64,000 bases of DNA from Alphaproteobacteria bacterium (GCA_009377375.1 WHUE01000002.1:33350-97349), one strand, 5' to 3'. Shown: positions 46,788-55,831, numbered from the stretch's first letter. Translations and numbers: made by a program. The notes: generated by a model from the letters alone, not told the origin.

Positions 46788-47332
46788 TCTTCCAGGCGAC
46801 GGAGATCGACGGCGCGTTCATCGTCGGCCTGGAGCGTCACGAGGACGAGCGCGGCTTCTTCGCCCGGACCTATTGCGCCGAGGAGTTCGGACAGCGGGGC
46901 CTGAACACGCGCTGGCCCCAGTGCAACCTGTCGCATTCCGACCGCACGGGCACGCTGCGCGGCATTCATTATCAGGCGCCCCCGGAGCCGGACGCCAAGC
47001 TGGTCCGGGTGACCCGGGGACGGATCTTCGGCGTGGTGGTGGAGCTTCGGCCGGATCGTCCGGCCTTCGGGCGTTCCCTGTGCCGCACGATGTCCGAGCA
47101 CGACGGCGCGATGTTCTACATCCCTGCCGGCTGCGGCTTCGGCTTTCAGACCCTGGCGGACGGAACCGAGCTGTTCTACCAGATGTCCGTCTCCTACCGC
47201 CCCGAGCTCGCGCGCGGCGTCCGGTGGGACGATCCGGATCTCGGGATAGAATGGCCGCTCGCGCCGAGCTGCGTGTCGGCCCGGGACGCCGCGTTTCCGC
47301 GGCTGCGCGACATCGCGCCGGCGCCCGTCTGA
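46784..47332 (+). CDS. dTDP/NDP-4-dehydro-6-deoxyhexose 3,5-epimerase-family (RmlC-like cupin) protein
   Basis: RmlC signature (..ERGFFARTY..NLSHSDRTGTLRGIHYQ..KLVRVTRGRIFGVVVELR..). 182 aa. Confidence 0.75.
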   Translation: MIFQATEIDGAFIVGLERHEDERGFFARTYCAEEFGQRGLNTRWPQCNLSHSDRTGTLRGIHYQAPPEPDAKLVRVTRGRIFGVVVELRPDRPAFGRSLCRTMSEHDGAMFYIPAGCGFGFQTLADGTELFYQMSVSYRPELARGVRWDDPDLGIEWPLAPSCVSARDAAFPRLRDIAPAPV

Positions 47333-47353
47333 ACCCGTCCCGCGCCGGCGGCG

Positions 47354-48808
47354 TCAGCGCGCCGCGGCCATCGTCTTGATCGTGCTCAGCGCGAAACGCT
47401 GAAGCGTCGGGCTCAGAATCCGGATCGCGATCCAGTAGACCAGCATCCCGACGGCGACGTCGAGCGAGAGCGCCGCCAACGCGCCGACCTTGCCGGAAAG
47501 CCACCGATCCGCGCCGAACACTGCTGCCCCCATGATCAGGCTGGCCGCCGCCGGCACATAGACGGGCTGCAGTAGCCAGGCGGCTCCGACGCCGAGCAGG
47601 CGGCGCAGAAGGAGCACGTGGACGGGCATCCAGGCAAAGGCCTTGCACACCCAGAACGCCGCCACCCAGACCACCGGCTCATGACGGAGCGCCAGGATGC
47701 CGGCGATCGTCAGCACGAGGTCCACGGCCATGAGGTACAGCACCCAGTCCGCGCGGCCCTTCGCGCGGTAGCACGCCGTGAAGAACATGGCGAAGAAGAC
47801 CGGGATGAAGTGCAGCGCGAGCCAGGCGAGGATCGGGACGCTCGCGGCCCACTTTGCGCCGTAAAACGCGACGATCAGGTGAGGCGCCACCAGGGCGAGG
47901 CCGATGCCGAGGGGGAGGCCGACCAGGCAGCTGAGCTGCGTGGCCTGCAGAAAGCTCGACCGCAGCGCCTCGCTGTTGTCCTGCAGGCGGGAGAACATGC
48001 TGAACCCGACCTGGTAGAGCGCGCTCGCGATCAGGGACCGCAGAAGCTGCATGGTCCGCCAGGCGATGTTGAAATAGCCGAGCACGACCGGCCCGTACAG
48101 AATGCCGAGCATCAGGTTGACCGCCTGCTCGGCGATGCCGGAGATCAGCTGGCCGGCCGAGACATGCAGGCCGAACCCGGCCATCGAACGAAAGCACGAC
48201 GTCGAGAAGCGAAGGCGCGGCATCCACCGGTACACCAGCGCCAGCGCGGCGTTCGTCGTCACCGCCGCGGCCAGCTGCTGTCCCACGAGGCTCCATGCGC
48301 CGCCGCCCAGAGCCGCCATCGTCAGCCCCACGACGGCGCCCGCCGTGCGGCCGACCAATGTCGCTCCCGCGACGTCGCGGAACCGGAGGTCGCGCCGAAG
48401 CATCGCCGTCTGCACGCTGCCCATCGCATTCAACGGCAGGATCAGGGCAAGCCAGTGCAGAATATCGGTGACCGCCGGCTCGCCTGTGATTCGGGCGATC
48501 GTGCCCGCGCCCGATGCCGTGGCGGCGGCCAGGAGAAGGGCGATGGCCAGCGTGCTCCAGAACGCGGTGTGGACATGATCGGGGCCGATCTCCCGCGCTT
48601 GCACCAAGGCGTCGGGAAAGCCATGGCCGATGACCAGGTTGAGCATCAGCACGACGGCGCCGGCCATGGCGACGATGCCGAAATCGACCGGCTCCAGGAG
48701 CCGGGCCATTCCGAGAAACGCGATCAGCGAGATGACGGCCGCGCCGGTACTCTCCGAAAGCGCCCAGAAGACGCTCCCCAGGCTGCGGTGTTTCAGACTT
48801 TCAGCCAT
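47354..48808 (-). CDS. wzx: polysaccharide/O-antigen flippase Wzx (MOP/PST superfamily)
   Basis: 484 aa with about 12-14 TM helices, typical of the Wzx/PST 'polysaccharide biosynthesis protein' family. Confidence 0.75.
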   Translation of the reverse strand: MAESLKHRSLGSVFWALSESTGAAVISLIAFLGMARLLEPVDFGIVAMAGAVVLMLNLVIGHGFPDALVQAREIGPDHVHTAFWSTLAIALLLAAATASGAGTIARITGEPAVTDILHWLALILPLNAMGSVQTAMLRRDLRFRDVAGATLVGRTAGAVVGLTMAALGGGAWSLVGQQLAAAVTTNAALALVYRWMPRLRFSTSCFRSMAGFGLHVSAGQLISGIAEQAVNLMLGILYGPVVLGYFNIAWRTMQLLRSLIASALYQVGFSMFSRLQDNSEALRSSFLQATQLSCLVGLPLGIGLALVAPHLIVAFYGAKWAASVPILAWLALHFIPVFFAMFFTACYRAKGRADWVLYLMAVDLVLTIAGILALRHEPVVWVAAFWVCKAFAWMPVHVLLLRRLLGVGAAWLLQPVYVPAAASLIMGAAVFGADRWLSGKVGALAALSLDVAVGMLVYWIAIRILSPTLQRFALSTIKTMAAAR

Positions 48809-48920
48809 CCCTGGCCGGACCCTTGTGGACGCCGGGCGTCATGGCCGGCCGCTGCCTATTCATAACCTGAACTGCCTCAAAAAAGAGTAATGAATTTAGG
48901 CATTTAATACCTATGCCCGG

Positions 48921-48960
48921 GTCACAACGTAGTCACATAGGATCACAACGTAGTCACATG
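48921..48960 (+). promoter_or_regulatory. four TCACA elements at 10-11 bp phasing (2x tandem 20-bp unit) in the divergent wzx/maoC promoter
   Basis: gGTCACAacgtaGTCACAtaggaTCACAacgtaGTCACAtgg, preceded by AT-rich aaaaaagagtaatgaatttaggcatttaatac. Confidence 0.5.
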
Positions 48961-48983
48961 GAAGTTTCTGTGAAACCGGTACC

Positions 48984-49439
48984 ATGTCTCCATATCTACC
49001 GCGTCCAGTATACGGTGGAGCAGAGATGGGTATCGACGGACAGAAAGCTATTGCGGAATTCCGGATTACGCACGCGGAAATGGATGTCTTCCGCGCGCTG
49101 AGCGGAGACACCAATCCGATTCATGATGAATCCGACTATCCGCGCCGGCACGGGTTCGACGGCGCGGTGGTCTACGGCGGACTCCTGGTCGCGCAGATTT
49201 CGCGCTTCCTGGGCACCCGGCTGCCCGGGCCCGGCTGCGTCGAGCGGTCGATCACGCTGCGATACCGCGCCCCGCTCTATGTCGGTGAGCCGGCGCGTCT
49301 GATTGTCGAGGTTGTTCACGCGAACGAGGGGCTCGGGCTGGTCGACATGAAGCTCCGGATCGAATCCGGTTCACGCCGCATCGCGGAAGGCGAGGCGGCC
49401 GCGATGCTGGCCCGCGAGCGCGTCCTTGTGGAGGCATGA
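48984..49439 (+). CDS. MaoC-like (R)-specific hot-dog dehydratase
   Basis: MaoC dehydratase motifs (FRALSGDTNPIHDESDY.., GAVVYGGLLVAQISRFLG). An alternative ATG at 49026 has a better RBS (GGTGGAG). Confidence 0.7.
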   Translation: MSPYLPRPVYGGAEMGIDGQKAIAEFRITHAEMDVFRALSGDTNPIHDESDYPRRHGFDGAVVYGGLLVAQISRFLGTRLPGPGCVERSITLRYRAPLYVGEPARLIVEVVHANEGLGLVDMKLRIESGSRRIAEGEAAAMLARERVLVEA

Positions 49440-49475
49440 CCGGAACGGTCGCGTCTTCTCCGTAATCTGAATCGA

Positions 49476-51419
49476 ATGAGGCCCTGCGAAATGAGTGGCT
49501 CGCATTCCCCCTGCTCCCTCCACTGGCTGCCCCCGGCGGATCGCTTCGCGGCGCGGGTGGCGGAACTCCGCGACCGGACGGATGACGATCCGGAGCAGCG
49601 CTTCGCCGCGCTGCGCGCGGTCGCTGACCACCGGCTCGACTTTCTTGAAACCCGGCGCCTCGACCGCTTGCTCGAGGAGACGGCGGACACGGTGCCCGCC
49701 GACGTTCCGCGTCTCCGGTTGTCGCTGCTGGGCAGCGCGACGCTCGACCACCTGGTTCCGGCAATCCGCGTAGCGGCACTCCGGCGGGGCCTGGTCGTCG
49801 ATGTCGATGTCACGCCCTTCGGGCAGTGGCGCCAGCAGATACTGGACCCGGAATCCGCCCTCTACGCGTTCGAGCCCGGCTGCGTCCTCCTCGCGCCCGA
49901 CCTGTCGGCCCTCCTGTCCGAGCTGCCGCTGGACGCCACGGCCGCAGAGGCCGCGCTGGCGGTGGACGAGGCCGTCGACGATCTGGCGCAGCTCTGGCGC
50001 ATGGTCCGGGACCGGACCGGCGCCGCCATCCTGCAGGAGACGCCGTGGCTCGACGCACCGCCCCTTTACGGACATTTCGAACGGCACGTGCCGGGCTCGC
50101 CGGGCGCGGTCGCCCGCCGGCTGGACCGCGCACTGGACGAGGCGGCCGCCAAGGAAGGCGTGCTGCTGCTCGACCTGCGCAGCGCCGTCTACGGGATCGG
50201 CGCGCACCACGTTTCCGACAGCGCGTTGTGGCATCACGCGAAACAGGCGGTGTCTCCCCTCGCGGCGCCCTGGGTCGGCGATCACATCGCGCGAATCCTC
50301 GCCGCCATTCGCGGGCTGTCGAAGAAGGTCCTGGTGCTCGATCTCGACAACACGCTGTGGGGCGGCGTGATCGGGGACGACGGCCTGGACGGCATCGTCG
50401 TCGGTCAGGGCTCCGCCGCAGGCGAAGCCTTCGCCGCCTTTCAGCGCTACCTGAAGCGGCTCGGCGGGCGCGGCGTGGTGCTCGCGGTCAGCTCCAAGAA
50501 CGACCGGGCGGTCGCGCGCGCGGCGTTCACCGACCATCCCGAGATGGTGCTGCGGATCGACGACTTCGCATCCTTCGAGGCGGACTGGAACGACAAGCCG
50601 GCCGCGCTGCGGCGGATAGCGGAGGAGCTTTCGCTCGGCCTGGACTCGTTCGTCTTCGTGGACGACAACCCGGCGGAGCGGGCGCTCATGCGGCAGATCC
50701 TGCCGCAGGTCGCCGTCCCCGAGCTGCCGGAAGCGCCGGAGCTTTATGTCCGGTGCCTCGCCGATGCGGGGTATTTCGAGGCGGTCTCCTTCACCGCGGA
50801 AGACACCAGGCGGAACGCACAGTACGTGGCGAACCGGGAGCGGCGCGAGCTGGAGTCCTCGACGCAGGACATCGAGAGCTTCCTGCGCGACCTCCGGATG
50901 ACGCTGCAGGTCTCTCCCTTCCGTTCCGCGGACGTGCCCCGGATCACGCAGCTCATCAACAAGACCAACCAGTTCAACATGACGACGCGGCGCTATACCG
51001 AGGCCGAGGTGCGGGGCTTCATGCAGGATCCGAAGGTGCTCACCTTCGCCGCTCGCCTCAGCGATCGCTTCGGCGACAACGGGCTGACGAGCGTCGTCAT
51101 CTGCAGGCCATCCGACGACGGCCGCACGGAAGCGGGGCTGGAAATCGACACCTGGCTGATGAGCTGCCGCATTCTCGGCCGCCGCATCGAGCAGGCCATG
51201 CTGGCGGTGGTGGCGGAGAAGGCGTCGGAAGCGGGGGCGGACGTGCTGCTTGGCCGCTACCGTCCCACCAAGAAGAACGGCCTGGTGAAGGAGCTCTACC
51301 GGAACCTGGGCTTCGAGCTCCGCGAGATCAACAACCGGACCGGCGAGTCGACCTGGGCGTTTCCCCTCTCGATGCCGGCCCGTCCCGCCACGGATCATCT
51401 CCAACTGCAATACGAGTGA
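49476..51419 (+). CDS. FkbH-like / HAD-IIIC family protein (glyceryl-ACP-forming type) with about 280-aa N-terminal extension
   Basis: HAD-IIIC core (KVLVLDLDNTLWGGVIGDDG..VLAVSSKND..FVFVDDNPAE) typical of FkbH-like enzymes that load a glycerate-derived unit onto a carrier protein. 647 aa. Confidence 0.7.
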   Translation: MRPCEMSGSHSPCSLHWLPPADRFAARVAELRDRTDDDPEQRFAALRAVADHRLDFLETRRLDRLLEETADTVPADVPRLRLSLLGSATLDHLVPAIRVAALRRGLVVDVDVTPFGQWRQQILDPESALYAFEPGCVLLAPDLSALLSELPLDATAAEAALAVDEAVDDLAQLWRMVRDRTGAAILQETPWLDAPPLYGHFERHVPGSPGAVARRLDRALDEAAAKEGVLLLDLRSAVYGIGAHHVSDSALWHHAKQAVSPLAAPWVGDHIARILAAIRGLSKKVLVLDLDNTLWGGVIGDDGLDGIVVGQGSAAGEAFAAFQRYLKRLGGRGVVLAVSSKNDRAVARAAFTDHPEMVLRIDDFASFEADWNDKPAALRRIAEELSLGLDSFVFVDDNPAERALMRQILPQVAVPELPEAPELYVRCLADAGYFEAVSFTAEDTRRNAQYVANRERRELESSTQDIESFLRDLRMTLQVSPFRSADVPRITQLINKTNQFNMTTRRYTEAEVRGFMQDPKVLTFAARLSDRFGDNGLTSVVICRPSDDGRTEAGLEIDTWLMSCRILGRRIEQAMLAVVAEKASEAGADVLLGRYRPTKKNGLVKELYRNLGFELREINNRTGESTWAFPLSMPARPATDHLQLQYE

Positions 51420-51427
51420 GGATTCCC

Positions 51428-51676
51428 ATGGACGTTCCAGACATCCAGGCCAGTCTCGCAGAGATCATACGCGATGTTCTCGACGACCCCGACTTCGAGG
51501 TCACGCCGGAAACGTCCGCGGCCGATCATTCCGACTGGGATTCCTTCAGCCACATTTCGATCATCGTCGCGGCCGAGATGCGGTTCGGCATCAAGTTCCA
51601 GACCGCCGAGATCGAGAGCGCCTGCAATGTCGGAGACTTCGCCGCCCTGATTGCCCGGAAGTGCCAGGCGGCCTGA
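51428..51676 (+). CDS. acyl/peptidyl carrier protein (phosphopantetheine attachment site)
   Basis: 82 aa, acidic, with a DSxS-type attachment motif (DHSDWDSFSHISIIVAAE). RBS GAGGAT. Lies directly between the FkbH-like and MBOAT genes. Confidence 0.7.
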   Translation: MDVPDIQASLAEIIRDVLDDPDFEVTPETSAADHSDWDSFSHISIIVAAEMRFGIKFQTAEIESACNVGDFAALIARKCQAA

Positions 51677-51699
51677 GCCGGTAAAGGCGGGCCCGCAAG

Positions 51700-53322
51700 A
51701 TGCTCTTCAACGCCCCGGAGTTTCTCGTCGGTTTCCTTCCCGTCACGCTGATCGGCTTCTTCGCCATCGGCGCGTTCGGACGACCTTATCTCGCCATCCT
51801 CTGGCTGGTTGCCGCGTCGCTGTTCTTCTACGGCTGGTGGCGGCCCGAATTCGTGCTTCTGATCCTCGGCTCCGCGAGCTTCAACTACCTGGTCGGGCTC
51901 CGGCTCGGCCGGACGCCGAGCAGGAGCCTGCTGACCTTCGGCATCGCCGGCAATCTCGTCCTGTTGGGCTGGTTCAAGTATTCCGGCTTTCTGGCGGAGC
52001 TGATGAACGACCTTTCGGGCGCCGGTCTGCCGATCCCGTCGGTGGTGCTGCCGCTGGGAATTTCCTTCTATACCTTCCAGCAGATCGCCTACCTCGTGGA
52101 CGCCCATTCCGGCGACGCCCACGAAAAGAGCTTCGCCCATTACGCGCTGTTCGTGACGTTCTTTCCGCAGCTGATCGCGGGTCCCATCGTGCACCACCGC
52201 GAGATGCTGTCGCAGTTCCATCTGCCGGAAACGTACCGGCCGAAGCTGTCCAACCTGATCCTCGGCCTCGCTACGTTCTCGATCGGGCTGTTCAAGAAGG
52301 TGTTTATCGCCGATCCGCTCGGGGGGCAGGCGCAGCTGGCCTTCGGGCCGGCGGCGGAGGGCATCGTGCCGATGTTCGCCGATGCCTGGTTCGGCACGCT
52401 GGCCTACACGCTGCAACTCTACTTCGATTTCTCCGGTTACTCGGACATGGCCGTCGGGCTTGGCCTCATGTTCGGCATCCGGCTTCCCCTCAACTTCGCC
52501 TCGTCCTTCAAGTCGGGCAGCATCATCGAGTTCTGGTCGCGCTGGCACATGACGCTGACGCGGTTCCTGACCGCCTACATCTACAATCCTGTCGTCGTGG
52601 CGATCACGCGGCGCCGTGTGGCCGCCGGCAAGCCGGTCCTGCGCCAGAAGCGTCCGGAGGCGGTGCCGTTCGCGGTCCAGCTCGCGTTCCCGACGCTGCT
52701 CACCATGGGCCTCGCCGGGATCTGGCACGGCGCGGGCTGGCAGTTCCTCGTCTTCGGGCTGTTTCACGGCATGCTGCTGGTCATCAACCATGGCTGGCGC
52801 GCACTCCGTCGCGTTTACGGCGTCGACCGGAAATTCGGGCGCCCGGGGCAGATCGCGGCCGTGCTCGTGACGTTCCTGTCGGTGACCGTCAGCTTCGTCT
52901 TCTTCCGCTCGGACAGCCTCGAACACGCGCTGCTGATCGTGCAGGCCATGGCAGGGTTCGGCGGAGAGTTCCGGGGCATCCCCTCCGCGACCGGACCAGA
53001 TCTCGCGGCCATGGGCGGATCCGAGATGCTGCTCTGGCGCTTTACCACCTTGCCGGGGATTCTCGTGATCGCCGGCCTGGCCATCGTGTGGACGCTGCCC
53101 AACACCGCCCAGATCATCGAACGCATCGCCGCCGGGGCGGAGCGGCCGACGGAGGCCGCCCGGCGCGTGATCCGCTGGCCGCTGCTGCGCTGGGACATGC
53201 CGGTCCGGCTTCCGTTCGAGAATCGCTTTCTGCAGGGGTCTTGCGTCGGCGCCCTGCTCGCCCTGGCCCTGCTCCGGGTTCTTTCCGCTGCGCCCACCGA
53301 GTTCCTTTACTTTACCTTCTAG
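51700..53322 (+). CDS. MBOAT-family membrane-bound O-acyltransferase (AlgI/DltB-like)
   Basis: 540 aa, polytopic, with conserved MBOAT His region (..WSRWHMTLTRFL.. and GIWHGAGWQFL). Confidence 0.85.
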   Translation: MLFNAPEFLVGFLPVTLIGFFAIGAFGRPYLAILWLVAASLFFYGWWRPEFVLLILGSASFNYLVGLRLGRTPSRSLLTFGIAGNLVLLGWFKYSGFLAELMNDLSGAGLPIPSVVLPLGISFYTFQQIAYLVDAHSGDAHEKSFAHYALFVTFFPQLIAGPIVHHREMLSQFHLPETYRPKLSNLILGLATFSIGLFKKVFIADPLGGQAQLAFGPAAEGIVPMFADAWFGTLAYTLQLYFDFSGYSDMAVGLGLMFGIRLPLNFASSFKSGSIIEFWSRWHMTLTRFLTAYIYNPVVVAITRRRVAAGKPVLRQKRPEAVPFAVQLAFPTLLTMGLAGIWHGAGWQFLVFGLFHGMLLVINHGWRALRRVYGVDRKFGRPGQIAAVLVTFLSVTVSFVFFRSDSLEHALLIVQAMAGFGGEFRGIPSATGPDLAAMGGSEMLLWRFTTLPGILVIAGLAIVWTLPNTAQIIERIAAGAERPTEAARRVIRWPLLRWDMPVRLPFENRFLQGSCVGALLALALLRVLSAAPTEFLYFTF

Positions 53323-53331
53323 GTGCGTGTG

Positions 53332-54330
53332 ATGAAGAAGTTCGGCTACGGCATTCTCGCGGGGCTCCTCGCCGTTCCTCTCTGCATCGTCGCGGCGTTC
53401 GCCGGCCTTGCGGTCTTCGCGCCGGCCAGCATGCCGGCGCCGGCAATCTCGAGCCTTGTTCATCTGGACGAGAAGTTCCGGTTTCTGCGCGAGCACCCGG
53501 AATTCGACCCGAGGATACTCGCCGTGGGATCGTCCATCACATGGCGCCAGCTGGCCGGCAAGGCCCTCGAGGCGGAGGCCGGCGGCCCGCACGGCTTCCT
53601 GAACGGCGGCACCGGCTATCTCCGGGTTCACCAGACGCATGCCTTGACGCGGTTCTACCTTTCGCGCTTCCGGAACGTCCGTGTCGTCCTCGTCATGATC
53701 GGCCCGCCAGATTTCCGGGGCTGCACCGAGGACCCGGCGGAACTCTTCGTGCAGAAGGACGCGGCGCGTTATGCGTTCGAAGGCTGGCCGGCGCTGTATT
53801 TCTACCTGCGCTACTTCACGCCCCGGCGCTACCTGGAGACAACGATGAAGCTGGCCGGCCGGCAGGCGCCGCTCGGCGGCGATCTCTATCTCGATCCCTA
53901 CGGCTCGGGTCCCGTTCAGTTGCCGGACGGCGTGAAAACCGGGCTCCGCTACGGCAAGCTCGACAAGGATCCTGCCTGTGTCGACGCGCTGGTCGGGCTG
54001 GCGCAGGATTTGAAGGACCGGGGTATCCACCTGATGCTCGTCTTTCCCCCGGTCCACCCGGAATACCGGGCGCGTTTCCCCGACGAAATGCGCTGGCTCG
54101 AGAATGCGGCTGCGCGCATGGAGCGTGAGCGGCAAAAGAACCCCCGCCATCTCACGGTTCTCCGAATGTACGGCGACAATTCGTTCGCGGCGCGGGATTA
54201 CTTCGATGCCTTTCACCTGCAATGGCCGGCGGTGAAAATTCTGTCGACACGCATCGCCCAGGCGATGGCGGTCAGGCCGTTCGTTCCGCCGGAGGAAGGA
54301 CTCTACTCGCAGAGGAAAGGCAGCAGCTGA
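53332..54330 (+). CDS. signal-anchored DltD/AlgJ/AlgX-like (SGNH-type) periplasmic acyl-transfer partner of the MBOAT
   Basis: N-terminal anchor (FGYGILAGLLAVPLCIVAAFAGLAVFA) and SGNH-like block (ILAVGSSITW). Position immediately after the MBOAT mirrors dltB-dltD and algI-algJ. A GTG at 53323 is an alternative start. Confidence 0.5.
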   Translation: MKKFGYGILAGLLAVPLCIVAAFAGLAVFAPASMPAPAISSLVHLDEKFRFLREHPEFDPRILAVGSSITWRQLAGKALEAEAGGPHGFLNGGTGYLRVHQTHALTRFYLSRFRNVRVVLVMIGPPDFRGCTEDPAELFVQKDAARYAFEGWPALYFYLRYFTPRRYLETTMKLAGRQAPLGGDLYLDPYGSGPVQLPDGVKTGLRYGKLDKDPACVDALVGLAQDLKDRGIHLMLVFPPVHPEYRARFPDEMRWLENAAARMERERQKNPRHLTVLRMYGDNSFAARDYFDAFHLQWPAVKILSTRIAQAMAVRPFVPPEEGLYSQRKGSS

Positions 54331-54488
54331 GGGCAAATCTGCCTCGCCCTGTCGCGGCCTTCCTGCGCCGGGCGGCCGCTTTTCTGCCCTTGCGCAAATT
54401 TAGCCCCGCCGGGCTGTTTTTCGGGGGCCGGTTCGCATTAGACTGCGCGCGCCGCATCGGGCAGACCGGTACGAAGGAAAGACCGCGG

Positions 54489-55157
54489 GTGATCGACAAG
54501 CAGGTGCATGATTTCGACGCCGCCCTGGCGGGGGTCGGCGACGGGGCGACAATGATGGTCAGCGGGTTCGGCGCCGCCGGCGCGCCGCAGGACCTGATGG
54601 AGGCGATTCTCGACCGCGGCTGGCGCGACCTGGTGGTGATCTCCAACAACGCGGGCGAGGGCGAGCGCGGGCTGGCGCAGCTGATCCGGGCGGGACGGGT
54701 GCGCAAGGTGGTGTGCTCGTTCCCCACCTCGTCCAATGCCGAATATGTCCGCGACGCCTGGGCGCGCGGCGCGCTGGAGCTGGAGATCGTGCCCCAGGGC
54801 ACGCTGTCCGAGCGCATCCGCGCGGCCGGGGCGGGGATCGGCGGGTTCTACACCCGCACCTCCGTCGGCACGCCGCTGGCGGAGGGCAAGGAGCAGCGGT
54901 GCTTCGACGGCGTGGATTACGTGCTGGAACCGCCCCTTCGCGCCGGTTTCGCTTTCGTCAGGGCGCGGCTCGCCGACCGCTGGGGGAACCTCACCTACAA
55001 CAAGTCGGCGCGCAATTTCGGCCCGTCGATGGCGATGGCGGCCGACGTGACCGTGGTGCAGGTGGACCGCGTCGTCGGGCTGGGCGAGATCGACCCCGAG
55101 CAGGTGGTCACGCCCGGCATTTTCGTCGATCGCGTGATCGAGGTGGCGGCGACATGA
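54489..55157 (+). CDS. scoA: 3-oxoacid CoA-transferase subunit A
   Basis: ..MVSGFGAAGAPQDLMEAI.. and SENG-region motifs of the family I CoA-transferase alpha subunit. GTG start after an AAGGAAAG RBS. Confidence 0.85.
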   Translation: MIDKQVHDFDAALAGVGDGATMMVSGFGAAGAPQDLMEAILDRGWRDLVVISNNAGEGERGLAQLIRAGRVRKVVCSFPTSSNAEYVRDAWARGALELEIVPQGTLSERIRAAGAGIGGFYTRTSVGTPLAEGKEQRCFDGVDYVLEPPLRAGFAFVRARLADRWGNLTYNKSARNFGPSMAMAADVTVVQVDRVVGLGEIDPEQVVTPGIFVDRVIEVAAT

Positions 55158-55831
55158 CCGCGGCCAAGCTGACCCGCGCGCAGGTCGCCTGGCGGATCGC
55201 GCAGGACATCCCCGACGGCGCCGTCGTCAATCTGGGCATAGGCGCGCCGGTGATGGTGGCCGACTACCTGCCCGCCGACCGCGAGATCGTGATCCACAGC
55301 GAGAACGGCATCCTCGGCATGGGCCCGACCCCGCCGGCGGGCGAGGAGGACCCGGACCTGATCAATGCCGGCAAGCAGCCTGTGACGCTTCTGGCCGGCG
55401 GCAGCTATTTCAACCACACCGATTCCTTCGCGATGATCCGCGGCGGGCATCTCGACTGCTGTGTGCTGGGCGCGTTCCAGGTGGCGCAGAACGGCGATCT
55501 CGCCAACTGGTCGACCGGCGACAACGCGCGTCCGCCCGGCGTCGGCGGGGCGATGGATCTGGCTGTGGGGGCGAAGCGGGTGCTGGTGATGACCGACCAC
55601 TGCACCCGCGACGGTTCGCCGAAGCTGCTGGAGGTCTGCACCTATCCGCTGACCGGGCGCGGCGTGGTCGACCGGGTCTATACCGACCTTGCCGTGATCG
55701 ATATCGCGGACGGTCGCTTCGTCGTGCGCGAGATGGTCGCGGGGCTGGATGCGGACGGGCTGGAGGCGCTGACCGGCGCGCCGCTGGATTTCGCCGACGG
55801 CTGCGGCGTGCTTTCCGCCGCCATCGGCTGA
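55154..55831 (+). CDS. scoB: 3-oxoacid CoA-transferase subunit B
   Basis: ATGA overlap with scoA. Active-site Glu region (IHSENGILGMG). Confidence 0.9.
   Translation: MTAAKLTRAQVAWRIAQDIPDGAVVNLGIGAPVMVADYLPADREIVIHSENGILGMGPTPPAGEEDPDLINAGKQPVTLLAGGSYFNHTDSFAMIRGGHLDCCVLGAFQVAQNGDLANWSTGDNARPPGVGGAMDLAVGAKRVLVMTDHCTRDGSPKLLEVCTYPLTGRGVVDRVYTDLAVIDIADGRFVVREMVAGLDADGLEALTGAPLDFADGCGVLSAAIG

Noticed and set aside
49476-51419. The FkbH-like protein as part of a methoxymalonyl-ACP or tetronate polyketide pathway.
   Set aside because: No PKS, FkbK/FkbI-type dehydrogenases or O-methyltransferase are present. The context is MBOAT, DltD-like and polysaccharide genes, so a surface-polymer acylation role is more consistent.
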